DNA of 64,000 bases from Vulcanimicrobiales bacterium (GTDB taxonomy: Bacteria > Vulcanimicrobiota > Vulcanimicrobiia > Vulcanimicrobiales > Vulcanimicrobiaceae), in assembly GCA_038231455.1 (NCBI GenBank), contig JBBRLI010000001.1:64001-128000 (forward strand). Direction: 5' to 3'. How positions within the stretch are numbered: the stretch's first letter is position 1; each line of letters begins with the position of its first letter. The notes under the pieces are model-generated. The model saw only the letters and a list, made by a program, of their open reading frames with translations, was not told the origin of the DNA and ran no database searches. Both the position numbers and the translations under genes were made by a program. Positions 1 to 9,943 of the stretch are shown here, one piece after another.

Positions 1-2
1 TC

Positions 3-2417
3 AGCACGATCGTCGATGCGGCCGCGAAGACCGCCGAACTCAACGCCGCGCAACTTGCAAGCCTAGTCGAAAACACAAAAGAACAACGGATCGTCGTGGA
101 CAGCGCCGCCGCCGCCATCGCGCAAGTCGATCGCGGCGCCGCGCAAGTTGCCGAGACAACCGATGGACTACGCGCCGTCACCGGGACGGTTGCAACATCG
201 ACGAGCGGCTATGAAGCGGGGATCGATCGCGTGATCGGGGCGCTCGCTCGGCTGCGTACGACCGTCGACGACGCCTCGTCGTTCGCGACCGCGACGGAGA
301 CGGGATCCACCGGCATCATCGTTTTTCTCGATCGCCTCCAACGCATCGCGCGCCAGGCACGCCTGCTCGCGATCAACGCAGCGATCGAGGCGGCTCACCT
401 CGGCGATCTTGGCCGCGGTTTCGTGATCGTCGCAAATCAAATCAAGACGCTCTCGTCCTCGACCTCCGACTCGGCTCTCAACGTCGCGAAAATTCATAAA
501 GAACTGCACGACTCGAGCACACGCGTAGAAACCGCGATTCGCGGTTCGGCAGATATCGTCACCGCGCTCGAGCGCGATCTTCAGGATGCGCGCACGGGCT
601 CGGCCCGCGCGCGCGAACTCATGCGCGATATTGACGCATCGATCGGCGATGTGGCGACGATCGCCGCCGAACAAAGCGCGAACCTCTCCTCGATTGCTAG
701 CGGCGTCGAGCAGCTTGCAAGCCATGCCCAAGACGTCGCCCTCGCGGCCGAACGCGCCGGGCAACTGGCACTGGGCGAGGCGATCGACCACCTCAAGCAA
801 ACTATCGCGATCTATAAGCTCGGCGAACCGAGCGCCGCGATGACAACGACCGTCGCGGTCGACGACCTGCCCGTGGGCCTCCACGCCGCCGCTCAAGCAC
901 TGCGCGATCTCGTCGACCGGGATCAACGCGATATGCTCGCATCAATTATGGTGGTCGCGGTTGCCATCGCGCGCAATAGTTACGAATGGAAGGCGATTGC
1001 GGCGTCGCTGGTCGCCTTACAGAATCAGCTTCAAACAACGACGAACGCGATCGAAGAAACGGCAAACGCCGCCCAAGCTGCCGGCGTTGCGTCCATTCGT
1101 CTGCGCGCATCGCTCGATGCGATGCGGAGCGGCTTTGGCTCCTCCGTCGATGAACTGCAACGCGCACTCGAACGCGTCGCGCGCGTTCGAGAAACGGTCC
1201 GCGAGACCGAGTCCTACGTGGAGGCAACGACGGCGGCGGCGGGCCGCGCGGCGGCAATACTCGATCTGATTGAAGATATTTCGAGTGAGACCACCCTCCT
1301 ATCGTTTAACGCTGCAATCGAAGCGGCTCACGCGGGCGATGCGGGCAGCGGCTTCGGTATTATTGCAAACGAGATCCGCCTGCTCGCCGAGGCAACCTCA
1401 CAGTCGACGGCGCAGATTGCGACCGTGATCGAGGGCATTGCCGAGGCGAGCCGCGACATGCGGACGACATCCGCTTCCGCCGTTACGCAAACCGCCGACG
1501 TACAGACCGAGACCAAAGACGTTCAAGAAACCATCATGCACTTGCGCGGCGAACTGGACTCCACACTCGGACAGGCTGCCGAAGTAGCAACGGTCGTCGA
1601 GCAACAACTCATCGCCCTGCGCAACGTTCGTGCCGCAGCAGAGATCGCCGTGAACCGCACCCGCAGCGACACCGCCGCTGCAACCGACGGACGTCGACTC
1701 GAGCTCGCCATGCTCGGCATGCGGGCGCACGTGCTCGCCGCGCGTCGACCGCTCGGCATCGTCGCCGAAACGATTCGCGAGATCGGTCTGCGCGTCGCCG
1801 AAAAAATGGACGGCGTCTTCGATGCAGCAATCGAGCGCGGTGCGATTACGATCGATGACTGCTACGATACGAATTACATTCCGATCGTCGGAGAGAAGAT
1901 CGAAGAACTCGGCCGCCTTTTCGACGTCACAAAAGTACCTGAGGCGGGATTCAACCCGCCAAAATTTGCCACACGCTACGACCGCGCCGTTGAAGACGGA
2001 TTCAACGCGCTCATCGACGCGTCGGTTCCCGAGAACGCGTCGATCAAAGCCATGTTCGCCGTGGACCTTAACGGCTATTGCTTCGGCCACTTTCACAAAT
2101 GCCGGCAAGCGTGGACCGGCGACTACACGCGCGACCTGAACGATAACCGCATCAAACGCTTCTTCGATGACGAGCTGAGCCTGCGGTGTTCTCGCGTGGG
2201 TCTCGGGGCGGAATCCGATAATCTCCCCAAACGCACCGCGTATGCGGCGTTCAAAGAACGCGGCTGCGTCCTACGCCTGGAGAATCCGCGGCCGTGGGCG
2301 ATCTTCACCTACGCGCGCGACACGGGGATCGTGTATAACGATCTTTCGGTCAGTCTCTTCGCGCAAGGGCACCGCGTTGGCACCATCCGCATCATCTACG
2401 ATGCCGACGTCGTTTAA
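3..2417 (+). CDS. Methyl-accepting chemotaxis protein with two tandem signalling domains and a C-terminal sensor-like domain (5' end outside the window)
   Basis: Frame open from nt 3. Two MCP hairpin-tip motifs: LLAINAAIEAAHLGDLGRGFVIVANQIK and LLSFNAAIEAAHAGDAGSGFGIIANEIR. C-terminal domain contains YDTNY..PPKFATRYD..DLNGY..YARDTG. Confidence 0.9.
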   Translation, partial: STIVDAAAKTAELNAAQLASLVENTKEQRIVVDSAAAAIAQVDRGAAQVAETTDGLRAVTGTVATSTSGYEAGIDRVIGALARLRTTVDDASSFATATETGSTGIIVFLDRLQRIARQARLLAINAAIEAAHLGDLGRGFVIVANQIKTLSSSTSDSALNVAKIHKELHDSSTRVETAIRGSADIVTALERDLQDARTGSARARELMRDIDASIGDVATIAAEQSANLSSIASGVEQLASHAQDVALAAERAGQLALGEAIDHLKQTIAIYKLGEPSAAMTTTVAVDDLPVGLHAAAQALRDLVDRDQRDMLASIMVVAVAIARNSYEWKAIAASLVALQNQLQTTTNAIEETANAAQAAGVASIRLRASLDAMRSGFGSSVDELQRALERVARVRETVRETESYVEATTAAAGRAAAILDLIEDISSETTLLSFNAAIEAAHAGDAGSGFGIIANEIRLLAEATSQSTAQIATVIEGIAEASRDMRTTSASAVTQTADVQTETKDVQETIMHLRGELDSTLGQAAEVATVVEQQLIALRNVRAAAEIAVNRTRSDTAAATDGRRLELAMLGMRAHVLAARRPLGIVAETIREIGLRVAEKMDGVFDAAIERGAITIDDCYDTNYIPIVGEKIEELGRLFDVTKVPEAGFNPPKFATRYDRAVEDGFNALIDASVPENASIKAMFAVDLNGYCFGHFHKCRQAWTGDYTRDLNDNRIKRFFDDELSLRCSRVGLGAESDNLPKRTAYAAFKERGCVLRLENPRPWAIFTYARDTGIVYNDLSVSLFAQGHRVGTIRIIYDADVV

Positions 2418-2530
2418 GTAAGCCCTCGCTTTGCCGCTCTCAATCTCCAAGCAAACTCACAGCACTTTCGAGCGCCGCATGCGTTAGTGAGGTAGATAGC
2501 GTGACATCTGCGTCGCGCTCGGAGAACACT

Positions 2531-3208
2531 ATGCGCGTCAAAGAAATCATCCACGCAGCCCTCGCTCTCTCGCTCATCGTCTTACCGAGCGTTGCGCTGG
2601 CCGATACCGACCCGACCAACCACAATTACAATAACGGCCAGTACAATAACGGACAACCCAATAACGGCCAGTGGAACAACGGTCAAAACAACAATAACCG
2701 CCGCCGTCGGAACGACAACGATAACGACGATCGCCGCGACCGCGATGACCGCAACCAGAACAACAATGGCCAATACGGCAATAACGGTCAGTATGGCAAT
2801 AACGGCCAGTACGGCAACAACGGCCAATACGGCAACAACGGCCAATACGGCAACAACGGCCAGTACGGCAACGGTTCTTACGGGACGCGCCGGCTCAGCA
2901 GCGTCGTGAGCGGCTACTCCGGCTACGATCTCGATGTGAACAACGGTCCGCACATCCGGCTGCATCAGGGCACAGTCATCAACCCGACCGGTGTGACGCT
3001 CCAGCGCGGCATGCGCGTGAACATCACCGGCCACGGCAACGACGACGGCAGCTTTGAAGCCGACCGCATCGATGTTCTTGGCAACCAGTACGGCAACACC
3101 AAGAACGGGAATAACCACGGCCTCGGCAGCCTGGGGAATCTCGGCAACTTGGGAAATCTCGGCTACTTGGGCAACCTGAGCAGCATACTCGGCAACCTCA
3201 AAATCTAG
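2531..3208 (+). CDS. Secreted Asn/Gly/Gln/Tyr-rich repeat protein with a C-terminal DUF5666-like beta domain
   Basis: GGAGA RBS before ATG 2531; signal peptide ending ALA-D; NNGQYG repeats; motif LQRGMRVNITG..DGSFEADRI. Confidence 0.75.
   Translation: MRVKEIIHAALALSLIVLPSVALADTDPTNHNYNNGQYNNGQPNNGQWNNGQNNNNRRRRNDNDNDDRRDRDDRNQNNNGQYGNNGQYGNNGQYGNNGQYGNNGQYGNNGQYGNGSYGTRRLSSVVSGYSGYDLDVNNGPHIRLHQGTVINPTGVTLQRGMRVNITGHGNDDGSFEADRIDVLGNQYGNTKNGNNHGLGSLGNLGNLGNLGYLGNLSSILGNLKI
2762..2869 (+). repeat. Six tandem 18-bp coding repeats (NNGQYG)x6
   Basis: Units match aaYaaYggYcaRtaYggc and differ only at synonymous positions. Confidence 0.95.
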
Positions 3209-3227
3209 CGCTGAGCGCGCGCAGCGG

Positions 3228-5219
3228 TTAGACCTGCTGCGCGCGTTTCCCAATCCAGCGATAGAGCGCGACGACGGCGAGCGCGAATGCGATCGTCCCG
3301 ATGTAATTTGCCGCGGTCGCAAAGTCGTCGCCGACCACGGCGAACGGCTCGCCTTTCTTCGAGACGACAATGATGCCCGCGAGCAACACGCCAAAGAGGC
3401 TCTCGCCAACGATAAGTCCCGATGCGAGCAACACGCCTAAGCGTTTTGCAACCTCGGGATTTTTGTTTTCTGCGGCCCACCGGTCGTAGAATTTTCCGAC
3501 AACGGCGCCGACGACGATCATGAGCGTCGTCCCGGTCGGCAGATAGATGCCCAGTCCAACCGCGAGCGGTGCTAGCCGCTTATCGCCGGTCTTGCGCAGC
3601 ACTTCGTCGATCGCAACGATGAGGAGACCGACGAGCGCGCCGATACCAATCAATCCCCAATCGAGTTTGCCGCCGATGACGCCGTTTGCAAGCGCAGAGA
3701 TCAGCGTTGCCTGCGGTGCGGCTAGCGGCTGCGCGGTAACGCCGGCTGCCGACCCGGCAAAGCCGTACGCGTGATTGAGCAAATCCAGAATCGGCGGAAT
3801 CACGATCGCACCGAAGATCACGCCGATCACGAGTGCGACTTGCTGCTTCCACGGCGTTGCATCGACCAGTTGGCCGGTCTTGAGATCTTGCAAGTTGTCG
3901 TTCGAAATGGTCGCGATGCACAAGACGACGGCGGTGACGAAGAGTGCAAAAGCGACCAGCGCTTTTGCCGCTTCGGGATTCGCGGGATGCGCGACGGCGA
4001 CGAGCAGCAGCGCGGCGCCGAGAACCGTGAGAATCGCAAGCCCCGACACGGGACTATTCGATGAACCGATGAGACCGGCCATATAGCCGCAGACCGCCGC
4101 GACTACAAGCCCCGCGACGACGATGTAGGCGATCGCGCCGATGACGAGCGGAATCGCAAGGGAACTAAGGACGGTGCCGGAGAGAAAGGCCCAGAGCAAG
4201 ATGGCGAGCGGAATCAGACAAACGACGCTGATAATCGCAACGATGTTGAATGGAATGTCTTGTTCCGTTGTCGGCAGCACGTCGCCGTCGGCGCGTTTAC
4301 GCGAGGCGGCAAGCGAAGAGATCACGCCACGCACGACGGGCGAGGTGAGGCGTCCGAGCGACCAAATCGCCGCAACGCCGATCGTACCCGCGCCGATGAA
4401 GCGCACTTGCGTGCGCCAGACGTGCACGGCAAACTTCGCGGCGTCGCCGACTTCGGGATGCATGGCCGTAAGGATTGGTGTTGCGATTCCCCACGCGATG
4501 ACGATCCCGACCATCATCGCGATTGCGACACTCAAGCCGACGAGATGCCCGACGCCGAGCAGTGCAAACGAGAGACCCGTGCCCAGCCCCGTCGCCGAGG
4601 GTCCGATGCGCGTGTAGTAGGAGATTTCCGCAGCGAAGACTTTCATCGCGGCGACGAGCGCAAAGCCCGCCGACGCAACAGATCCCCACACGACCGCGAG
4701 CAAACCGACTTTGTTTTCTGCGATTGCGGCAGCCGATGCTTGGGAATCGCGCGAGCCGGCGCCGACGCGCAAGACTTCCGCCGCGGCAACGCCTTCGGGA
4801 TAGGGGAGATCCGATTCGGTCACCATCGCGCGACGCAGCGGCACCGAATACATCACGCCGAGGATGCCGCCGACGGTGCAAATCCCAAACGACTCCCAAA
4901 ATGGGAAGCCGGTCCACCAGCCGACCATGACGAGGCCCGGCAGTACGAAGATAATCGAAGAGAGCGTTCCGGCGGCCGAAGCCACCGTCTGCACGATGTT
5001 GTTCTCCCAGATGGTCGCGCTCTTGAAGCCGCGCAGCACGGCCATCGAGATGACCGCCGCCGGGATCGAGGAGGCGAACGTCAGCCCGACTTTCAGGCCC
5101 AGGTAAACGTTGGCGGCGGTGAAAACGAGCGTGATCAACGCGCCAAGGATCACCCCGCGGATCGTTAACTCCACGCGCTTATCGAAAGAAGAACGCGATG
5201 GGACGGCAGCAGAACGCAA
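3228..5219 (-). CDS. Oligopeptide transporter, OPT family
   Basis: ELTIRG..NVYLGLKVGLTFASSIPAAVISMA, ENNIVQT, LPYPEG, NDNLQDLKTG. Probable TTG start at 5219 after a GAGGGGG RBS. Confidence 0.93.
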   Translation of the reverse strand: MRSAAVPSRSSFDKRVELTIRGVILGALITLVFTAANVYLGLKVGLTFASSIPAAVISMAVLRGFKSATIWENNIVQTVASAAGTLSSIIFVLPGLVMVGWWTGFPFWESFGICTVGGILGVMYSVPLRRAMVTESDLPYPEGVAAAEVLRVGAGSRDSQASAAAIAENKVGLLAVVWGSVASAGFALVAAMKVFAAEISYYTRIGPSATGLGTGLSFALLGVGHLVGLSVAIAMMVGIVIAWGIATPILTAMHPEVGDAAKFAVHVWRTQVRFIGAGTIGVAAIWSLGRLTSPVVRGVISSLAASRKRADGDVLPTTEQDIPFNIVAIISVVCLIPLAILLWAFLSGTVLSSLAIPLVIGAIAYIVVAGLVVAAVCGYMAGLIGSSNSPVSGLAILTVLGAALLLVAVAHPANPEAAKALVAFALFVTAVVLCIATISNDNLQDLKTGQLVDATPWKQQVALVIGVIFGAIVIPPILDLLNHAYGFAGSAAGVTAQPLAAPQATLISALANGVIGGKLDWGLIGIGALVGLLIVAIDEVLRKTGDKRLAPLAVGLGIYLPTGTTLMIVVGAVVGKFYDRWAAENKNPEVAKRLGVLLASGLIVGESLFGVLLAGIIVVSKKGEPFAVVGDDFATAANYIGTIAFALAVVALYRWIGKRAQQV

Positions 5220-5296
5220 AACGGATTCCCCCTCTTCCTGCGGCGGTTTGGCGCGCGGGTGCAGTTCGTCCTCGCGGAGCTCTCGAATCACCGCGA

Positions 5297-6339
5297 ATGA
5301 ACGTTGCCGCCGCCCTCTTCGCGCTCGCGATTCTCGGCGCACCGCTTCCGCAGACGCAGCGCCCGAGAGTCTGCGCGTCCGTTTGGACCATGCCCAGAGC
5401 CAGTATGCTGACCTCGTCGAACGCGCCGGGCCGTCCTATCGACTGATGAAGGACCTTGGGCTCGAAGCACGCCTCAAAAGCGATCGCGAGGCGCTGGACC
5501 CAAGCGCGCAGCCGAGCGGCTTTGGTGCCGCCGATTGGGAAGAGACGCTCGCGCAGTTGGTCGCGCTCGATACGGACCTTGTGGCTCAGGCCAGCGGGAC
5601 GCCGCGGCCGCTCGACTTCAAACCAGGACTCCAGGCGCTCTTATACCGCTCGTCGGTCGACGGCGTGGTCGATGCCATCGCCGCCTACGTGCCGCCGCGT
5701 CCGCGCGGACGCGTGGCCTTCGTCTTGCACGGCAACCCGCAAACCGAGAGCGAACTGCTCGCCCAACCCTACCTGCGCAATCTGGCCGATGAGACCGGGA
5801 CGATTCTCATTGCGCCCTACGGCCGCGGCAGCTACGATTTTATTGGGCCGGCGACCTCCGATCTCTACGGATTGGTGGAGACGGTACGTTCGATGCATGA
5901 ATTTGCGCATGCGGATTTCTTTCTCGTCGGCTACTCGATGGGCGGTTTTACCGCGTTCATGATCGGCCCCGATGCCCCCGGACGCTGGAAAGCGGTCATG
6001 GATATTTCGGGGTCACTTGTTGGAAGTGCGGCAAAACGCGTCCTTAAAACGTGGAAAAACACGCCGATTTACGTCGTTTTCGGCAGTTCGGATACGAGTA
6101 TCCCAACACAGTTCGGGCGCGACACGGCCGTCTTTCTGTTCTTGCAAAACGTGCCGGTGAGTTACTACGAAGATGCCCACGGGGATCACCGCATCCGCTC
6201 GTTCTTGCCGACGCTGCGCACGGCTTGGCGCGACATGCACGATGGAACCGTGCGCGACAACGCGGTCGGGCGCCTCGCCCGTGACGGCGTCCCGAGTCTC
6301 CCGGGAAAGAGTGGTACGGGAACAACGCGTCCCGACTGA
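5297..6339 (+). CDS. Secreted alpha/beta-hydrolase (esterase-like), apparently frameshifted just inside the signal peptide
   Basis: GYSMGG nucleophile elbow, LHGN oxyanion region, HGDH. Signal peptide MNVAAALFALAILGA from ATG 5297 is in a different frame from TASADAAPES... (from 5341). Confidence 0.7.
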
Positions 6340-6464
6340 GGTAACCCGCTAAGGTTCGCAGGCGTAACCGCCGACACAGTTAGTATCGGGTTGGTAAGGC
6401 GCTCCTTTAGAAGAGCGGCTCACTTCCCATTGCACCACCTCGTTTAGAACGTGGGAGATTTTTC

Positions 6465-7022
6465 ATGTCATCCGACAAACCGGGAAACGTCGTCGAAAAA
6501 TACCTGAGCACGGCGCACGCTCCCCGTGTCGCCGGACAGCGCGATCGTCGCGTACGCCGGACTTCGGCCGCCGACCGCTTTGAGTCGCCCGCCGCAATCA
6601 TCCGTCAGGTGTACCCGTTCCACCTCAGCACGATCGTCCGCGATCTCGCCGAGGCGCGCCACTTCTATACAACGATCCTGGGCAGGCCCGAGCTGCGCGC
6701 GACACCGACGTCGCTGCACTTAGACTTCTGGGGCAGTCAGCTTACACTCCACGGCATCCCCGGCTTCAATGCCGAGGCGCTGCATCGTGAAGTCGATGCC
6801 GAGATCGTGCCGGTGCCGCACTTCGGTTCGGCCGTCACGCTCGAGGAATTCCACGAAGTCGCCGATCGTCTAAAAAAAGCGAATCACCCCTTCGTCCTCG
6901 AACCCCATCTTCGATTTATCGACAAACCGTTCGAACACTGGGTTCTCTTCGTTCTTGACCCTTCAGGAAACGCAATCGAAATGAAGCACTTCACAAAAGT
7001 TCCGCCGCTCACGTGGGTGTAG
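6465..7022 (+). CDS. VOC/glyoxalase-superfamily protein
   Basis: PFHL..VRDLAEARHFY..LG, VPVPHFG, DPSGNAIEMK. Alternative GTG start at 6609. Confidence 0.85.
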   Translation: MSSDKPGNVVEKYLSTAHAPRVAGQRDRRVRRTSAADRFESPAAIIRQVYPFHLSTIVRDLAEARHFYTTILGRPELRATPTSLHLDFWGSQLTLHGIPGFNAEALHREVDAEIVPVPHFGSAVTLEEFHEVADRLKKANHPFVLEPHLRFIDKPFEHWVLFVLDPSGNAIEMKHFTKVPPLTWV

Positions 7023-9943
7023 ACACGAGCTCGGTTCAGCGCGAGCTGGACCGAACTCATGCAGGCACCGCCGTGGAACTCCAGGCGCGCCTCGCAAAAA
7101 CGGTGTCGGGAACCGTTGCCTTCGACGATCTAACGCGCGGACTCTATGCAACCGACGCGTCGATCTACCAGATCGTGCCGCTGGGTGTCGTCAAGCCGAC
7201 GTCCGTTGCAGATGTCGTCGCGACACTTACCGCCTGCCGTGAGGCAGGCGTTTCCGTGACCGCGCGCGGCGGCGGAACCTCGCAGTGCGGGCAGACGGTT
7301 GGCGACGGCGTGATCGTGGATTGCTCGCCCGGAATGAAGCGCATCCTCGCCTTCGATCCGCAGGCGCGAACCGTTCGAGTCGAACCGGGCGTCGTGCTCG
7401 ATGAGCTGAACCGATTCCTCAAGCCGCACGGGCTTTTTTTTCCTATTGACCCATCGACGGCGAGCCGCTGTACGATCGGCGGCATGGCTGCGAATAATTC
7501 GTCCGGTACGCACTCGATCAAGTACGGCATGATGGTCGAAAACGTGAACGCGATCACAACCGTGCTTGCGGACGGAACGATCGCCGAATTCGGTCCAATC
7601 GGCGAAACGGACGAGATCGAATCGCTCGCACCGATCGTCGCACTCTTGCGTAACCTCGCGGCACGCGAAGCCGCCGAAATACGCGAGCGGTTGCCGAAGA
7701 CGCGCCGCCACGTCGGGGGTTACAATCTGCATTTAGTCGATGCTGGCCCGTTCAATCTTGCGAGCATCCTCGTCGGTTCCGAAGGCACGCTCGGCTTTTT
7801 CACCGAGATCGAACTCCAGTTGCAGCCGATCCCAAAATTCAAAGTCAGCGGCGTCTGCCATTTCCCAACATTCCAGGCAGCGATGGAATCCACGCGCCAC
7901 CTCGTCGCGCTCGGTCCGACCGCAGTCGAGCTGGTCGATCACACCATGCTCGAGCTCTCGCGTTCGAGCGACGTGTATCGCCCGATTATCGAAAAACACA
8001 TCACGGGCGATCCCGGTTCGATTCTCGTTGTCGAATTTGCCGGCGACGATGAGACGCATATTCTCGAACGATTGGACGCGCTCGATATGCGCATGAGCGA
8101 ACTCGGCTTCGAACACGCGGTGAATCGACTGCTCGATAAGAAGTCTCAATACGAAATGGGCGTCGTACGTAGCGCTGGTCTGAACATCATGATGTCGCGG
8201 CACGAGACGGCGAAACCCGTTTCGATCATCGAAGACTGCGCCGTTCCGCTCGAATATCTGGCGGATTACACGGCCCGGCTTACGGCGATCTTCGAAAAAC
8301 ACGGGACCTACGGCACCTGGTACGCGCACGCATCCGAGGGTTGCCTGCACGTGCGGCCGGTGCTCGACATGAAGTCTGACATCGATTTGAAAAAATTGCG
8401 TGAGATCGCCGAAGAAGCGTTCGCCATCGTCCGCGAATACGGCGGCACGCATTCGGGCGAACATGGCGATGGCATCGTCCGTTCGGAATTCCACCGCGAG
8501 ATGCTCGGCGACCGCATCGTTGGTGCGTTCGAGGAAATTAAAGATGCCTTCGATCCGACCGGATTGCTCAATCCGGGCAAGATCGTGCGCGCGCCCAAGA
8601 TGGACGACCGGTCGCTCTTCCGCTACGGGAACGATTATGCCGCGATCGATTTGACAACCGTGCTCGACTGGTCGGCCGACGGCGGATTCCTCGGCGCAAT
8701 CGAACAGTGCAACAATAACGGCGCCTGCCGCAATCATCACTCGGGCGTGATGTGCCCGTCGTACCTCGCGACCGAAGACGAGCAAGACGTCGTACGCGGG
8801 CGCGCAAATGCGCTCCGTCTTGCGATGACGGGACAGCTCGGCCCGGATGCTATTACCTCCGATGCGCTTTACGGCGCGATGGATCTGTGCGTCGGTTGCA
8901 AAGGCTGCAAACGCGAGTGCCCGACCGGCGTCGACATGGCAAAAATGAAAGTGGAGTTTCTCCACCACTATCGCGCAAAGCACGGCCTGCGTCTGAAAGA
9001 CCGCCTCGTTGCGAACCTCCCGCGTCTCGCGCCACTTGCATCGGCATTCGCGTTTTTCGCGAATCTGCGCAACTCGATTCCCGGACTTGCAAAGTTGACC
9101 GAATCCGCAAGCGGCATCTCTTCCAAACGCAAACTGCCGACTTGGCGTAACGACATCTTCCGCGAACGCGAGATTCCAGCGGAACCATTCACGGGAACAC
9201 GCGACGTCGTCTTGCTCGTGGATACCTGGAACCGCTACTACGAACCCGGCATCGCGCGCGATGCGCTGCGCGTGCTGCAAGCAGCGGGCTACACCGTGCA
9301 TGCGCCGGATATGGGCTCCGCACGACCGCTCTGCTGCGGCCGTACCTATCTTTCTGCGGGACTCGTCCACGAAGCGAAGACTGAAGCCAAACGGACGATC
9401 GAGGCATTGCGCCCGTTCGTGGAACGCGGCGTGCCCATCATCGGCCTCGAGCCGTCGTGTCTGCTGACGCTGCGTGATGAGTTCATGACGATGCTGCCGG
9501 GCACCGAAACGTCCGCCCTCTCCGAACACGCCTTTCTCTTCGAAGAGTTCGTCGCAATCGAAATCGACGCTGGACGCTGGAAACTCGACCTGCAGCCGCT
9601 TGCCAAAGAAGCCTACGTTCACGGGCACTGTCATCAAAAGGCATTCGGCGCTATGCCGGCCGTCGAAAAGACGCTCCGCTCGATTCCGAATCTCGACGTC
9701 CATCTCATCGAGTCGAGCTGCTGCGGTATGGCCGGAAGCTTCGGCTACGAAATCGACCACTACGACGTCTCGATGAAGATGGCCGAGCGCACGCTCTTAC
9801 CGGCCGTTCGAACGATGCCCGAGGGCGCACTTCTCGTCACCGACGGGTTGAGTTGCCGCCATCAAATCGAGCATGGTGCCGACAAGCGCGGCGAACATGT
9901 GGCAACGGTTCTCGCCGCGGCTCTTCGGCCAAAGAGCGCTTGA
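7013..9943 (+). CDS. FAD-binding and Fe-S-binding oxidoreductase (GlcD/GlcF-type fusion, YdiJ/D-2-hydroxyacid dehydrogenase-like)
   Basis: RGGGTSQCGQ, GSEGTLG, SGEHGDG, CNNNGAC, CVGCKGCKREC, CCG motifs. Confidence 0.92.
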   Translation: MGVDTSSVQRELDRTHAGTAVELQARLAKTVSGTVAFDDLTRGLYATDASIYQIVPLGVVKPTSVADVVATLTACREAGVSVTARGGGTSQCGQTVGDGVIVDCSPGMKRILAFDPQARTVRVEPGVVLDELNRFLKPHGLFFPIDPSTASRCTIGGMAANNSSGTHSIKYGMMVENVNAITTVLADGTIAEFGPIGETDEIESLAPIVALLRNLAAREAAEIRERLPKTRRHVGGYNLHLVDAGPFNLASILVGSEGTLGFFTEIELQLQPIPKFKVSGVCHFPTFQAAMESTRHLVALGPTAVELVDHTMLELSRSSDVYRPIIEKHITGDPGSILVVEFAGDDETHILERLDALDMRMSELGFEHAVNRLLDKKSQYEMGVVRSAGLNIMMSRHETAKPVSIIEDCAVPLEYLADYTARLTAIFEKHGTYGTWYAHASEGCLHVRPVLDMKSDIDLKKLREIAEEAFAIVREYGGTHSGEHGDGIVRSEFHREMLGDRIVGAFEEIKDAFDPTGLLNPGKIVRAPKMDDRSLFRYGNDYAAIDLTTVLDWSADGGFLGAIEQCNNNGACRNHHSGVMCPSYLATEDEQDVVRGRANALRLAMTGQLGPDAITSDALYGAMDLCVGCKGCKRECPTGVDMAKMKVEFLHHYRAKHGLRLKDRLVANLPRLAPLASAFAFFANLRNSIPGLAKLTESASGISSKRKLPTWRNDIFREREIPAEPFTGTRDVVLLVDTWNRYYEPGIARDALRVLQAAGYTVHAPDMGSARPLCCGRTYLSAGLVHEAKTEAKRTIEALRPFVERGVPIIGLEPSCLLTLRDEFMTMLPGTETSALSEHAFLFEEFVAIEIDAGRWKLDLQPLAKEAYVHGHCHQKAFGAMPAVEKTLRSIPNLDVHLIESSCCGMAGSFGYEIDHYDVSMKMAERTLLPAVRTMPEGALLVTDGLSCRHQIEHGADKRGEHVATVLAAALRPKSA

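Noticed and set aside
2762-2869. Tandem repeats as a CRISPR array
   Set aside because: Contiguous 18-bp in-frame coding units with no spacers and no cas genes.
6340-6464. Possible riboswitch upstream of the VOC operon (CGCTC/GAGCG hairpin; TTCCCA could pair with the TGGGAG RBS)
   Set aside because: I could not match any riboswitch consensus; an Rfam/Infernal scan would be needed.
7733-9760. 675-aa antisense ORF, and similar long shadows such as 34810-36108, 44234-45355, 22618-23274 and 61880-62800
   Set aside because: They lie opposite well-supported genes, have no recognisable motifs, and are expected in high-GC DNA.
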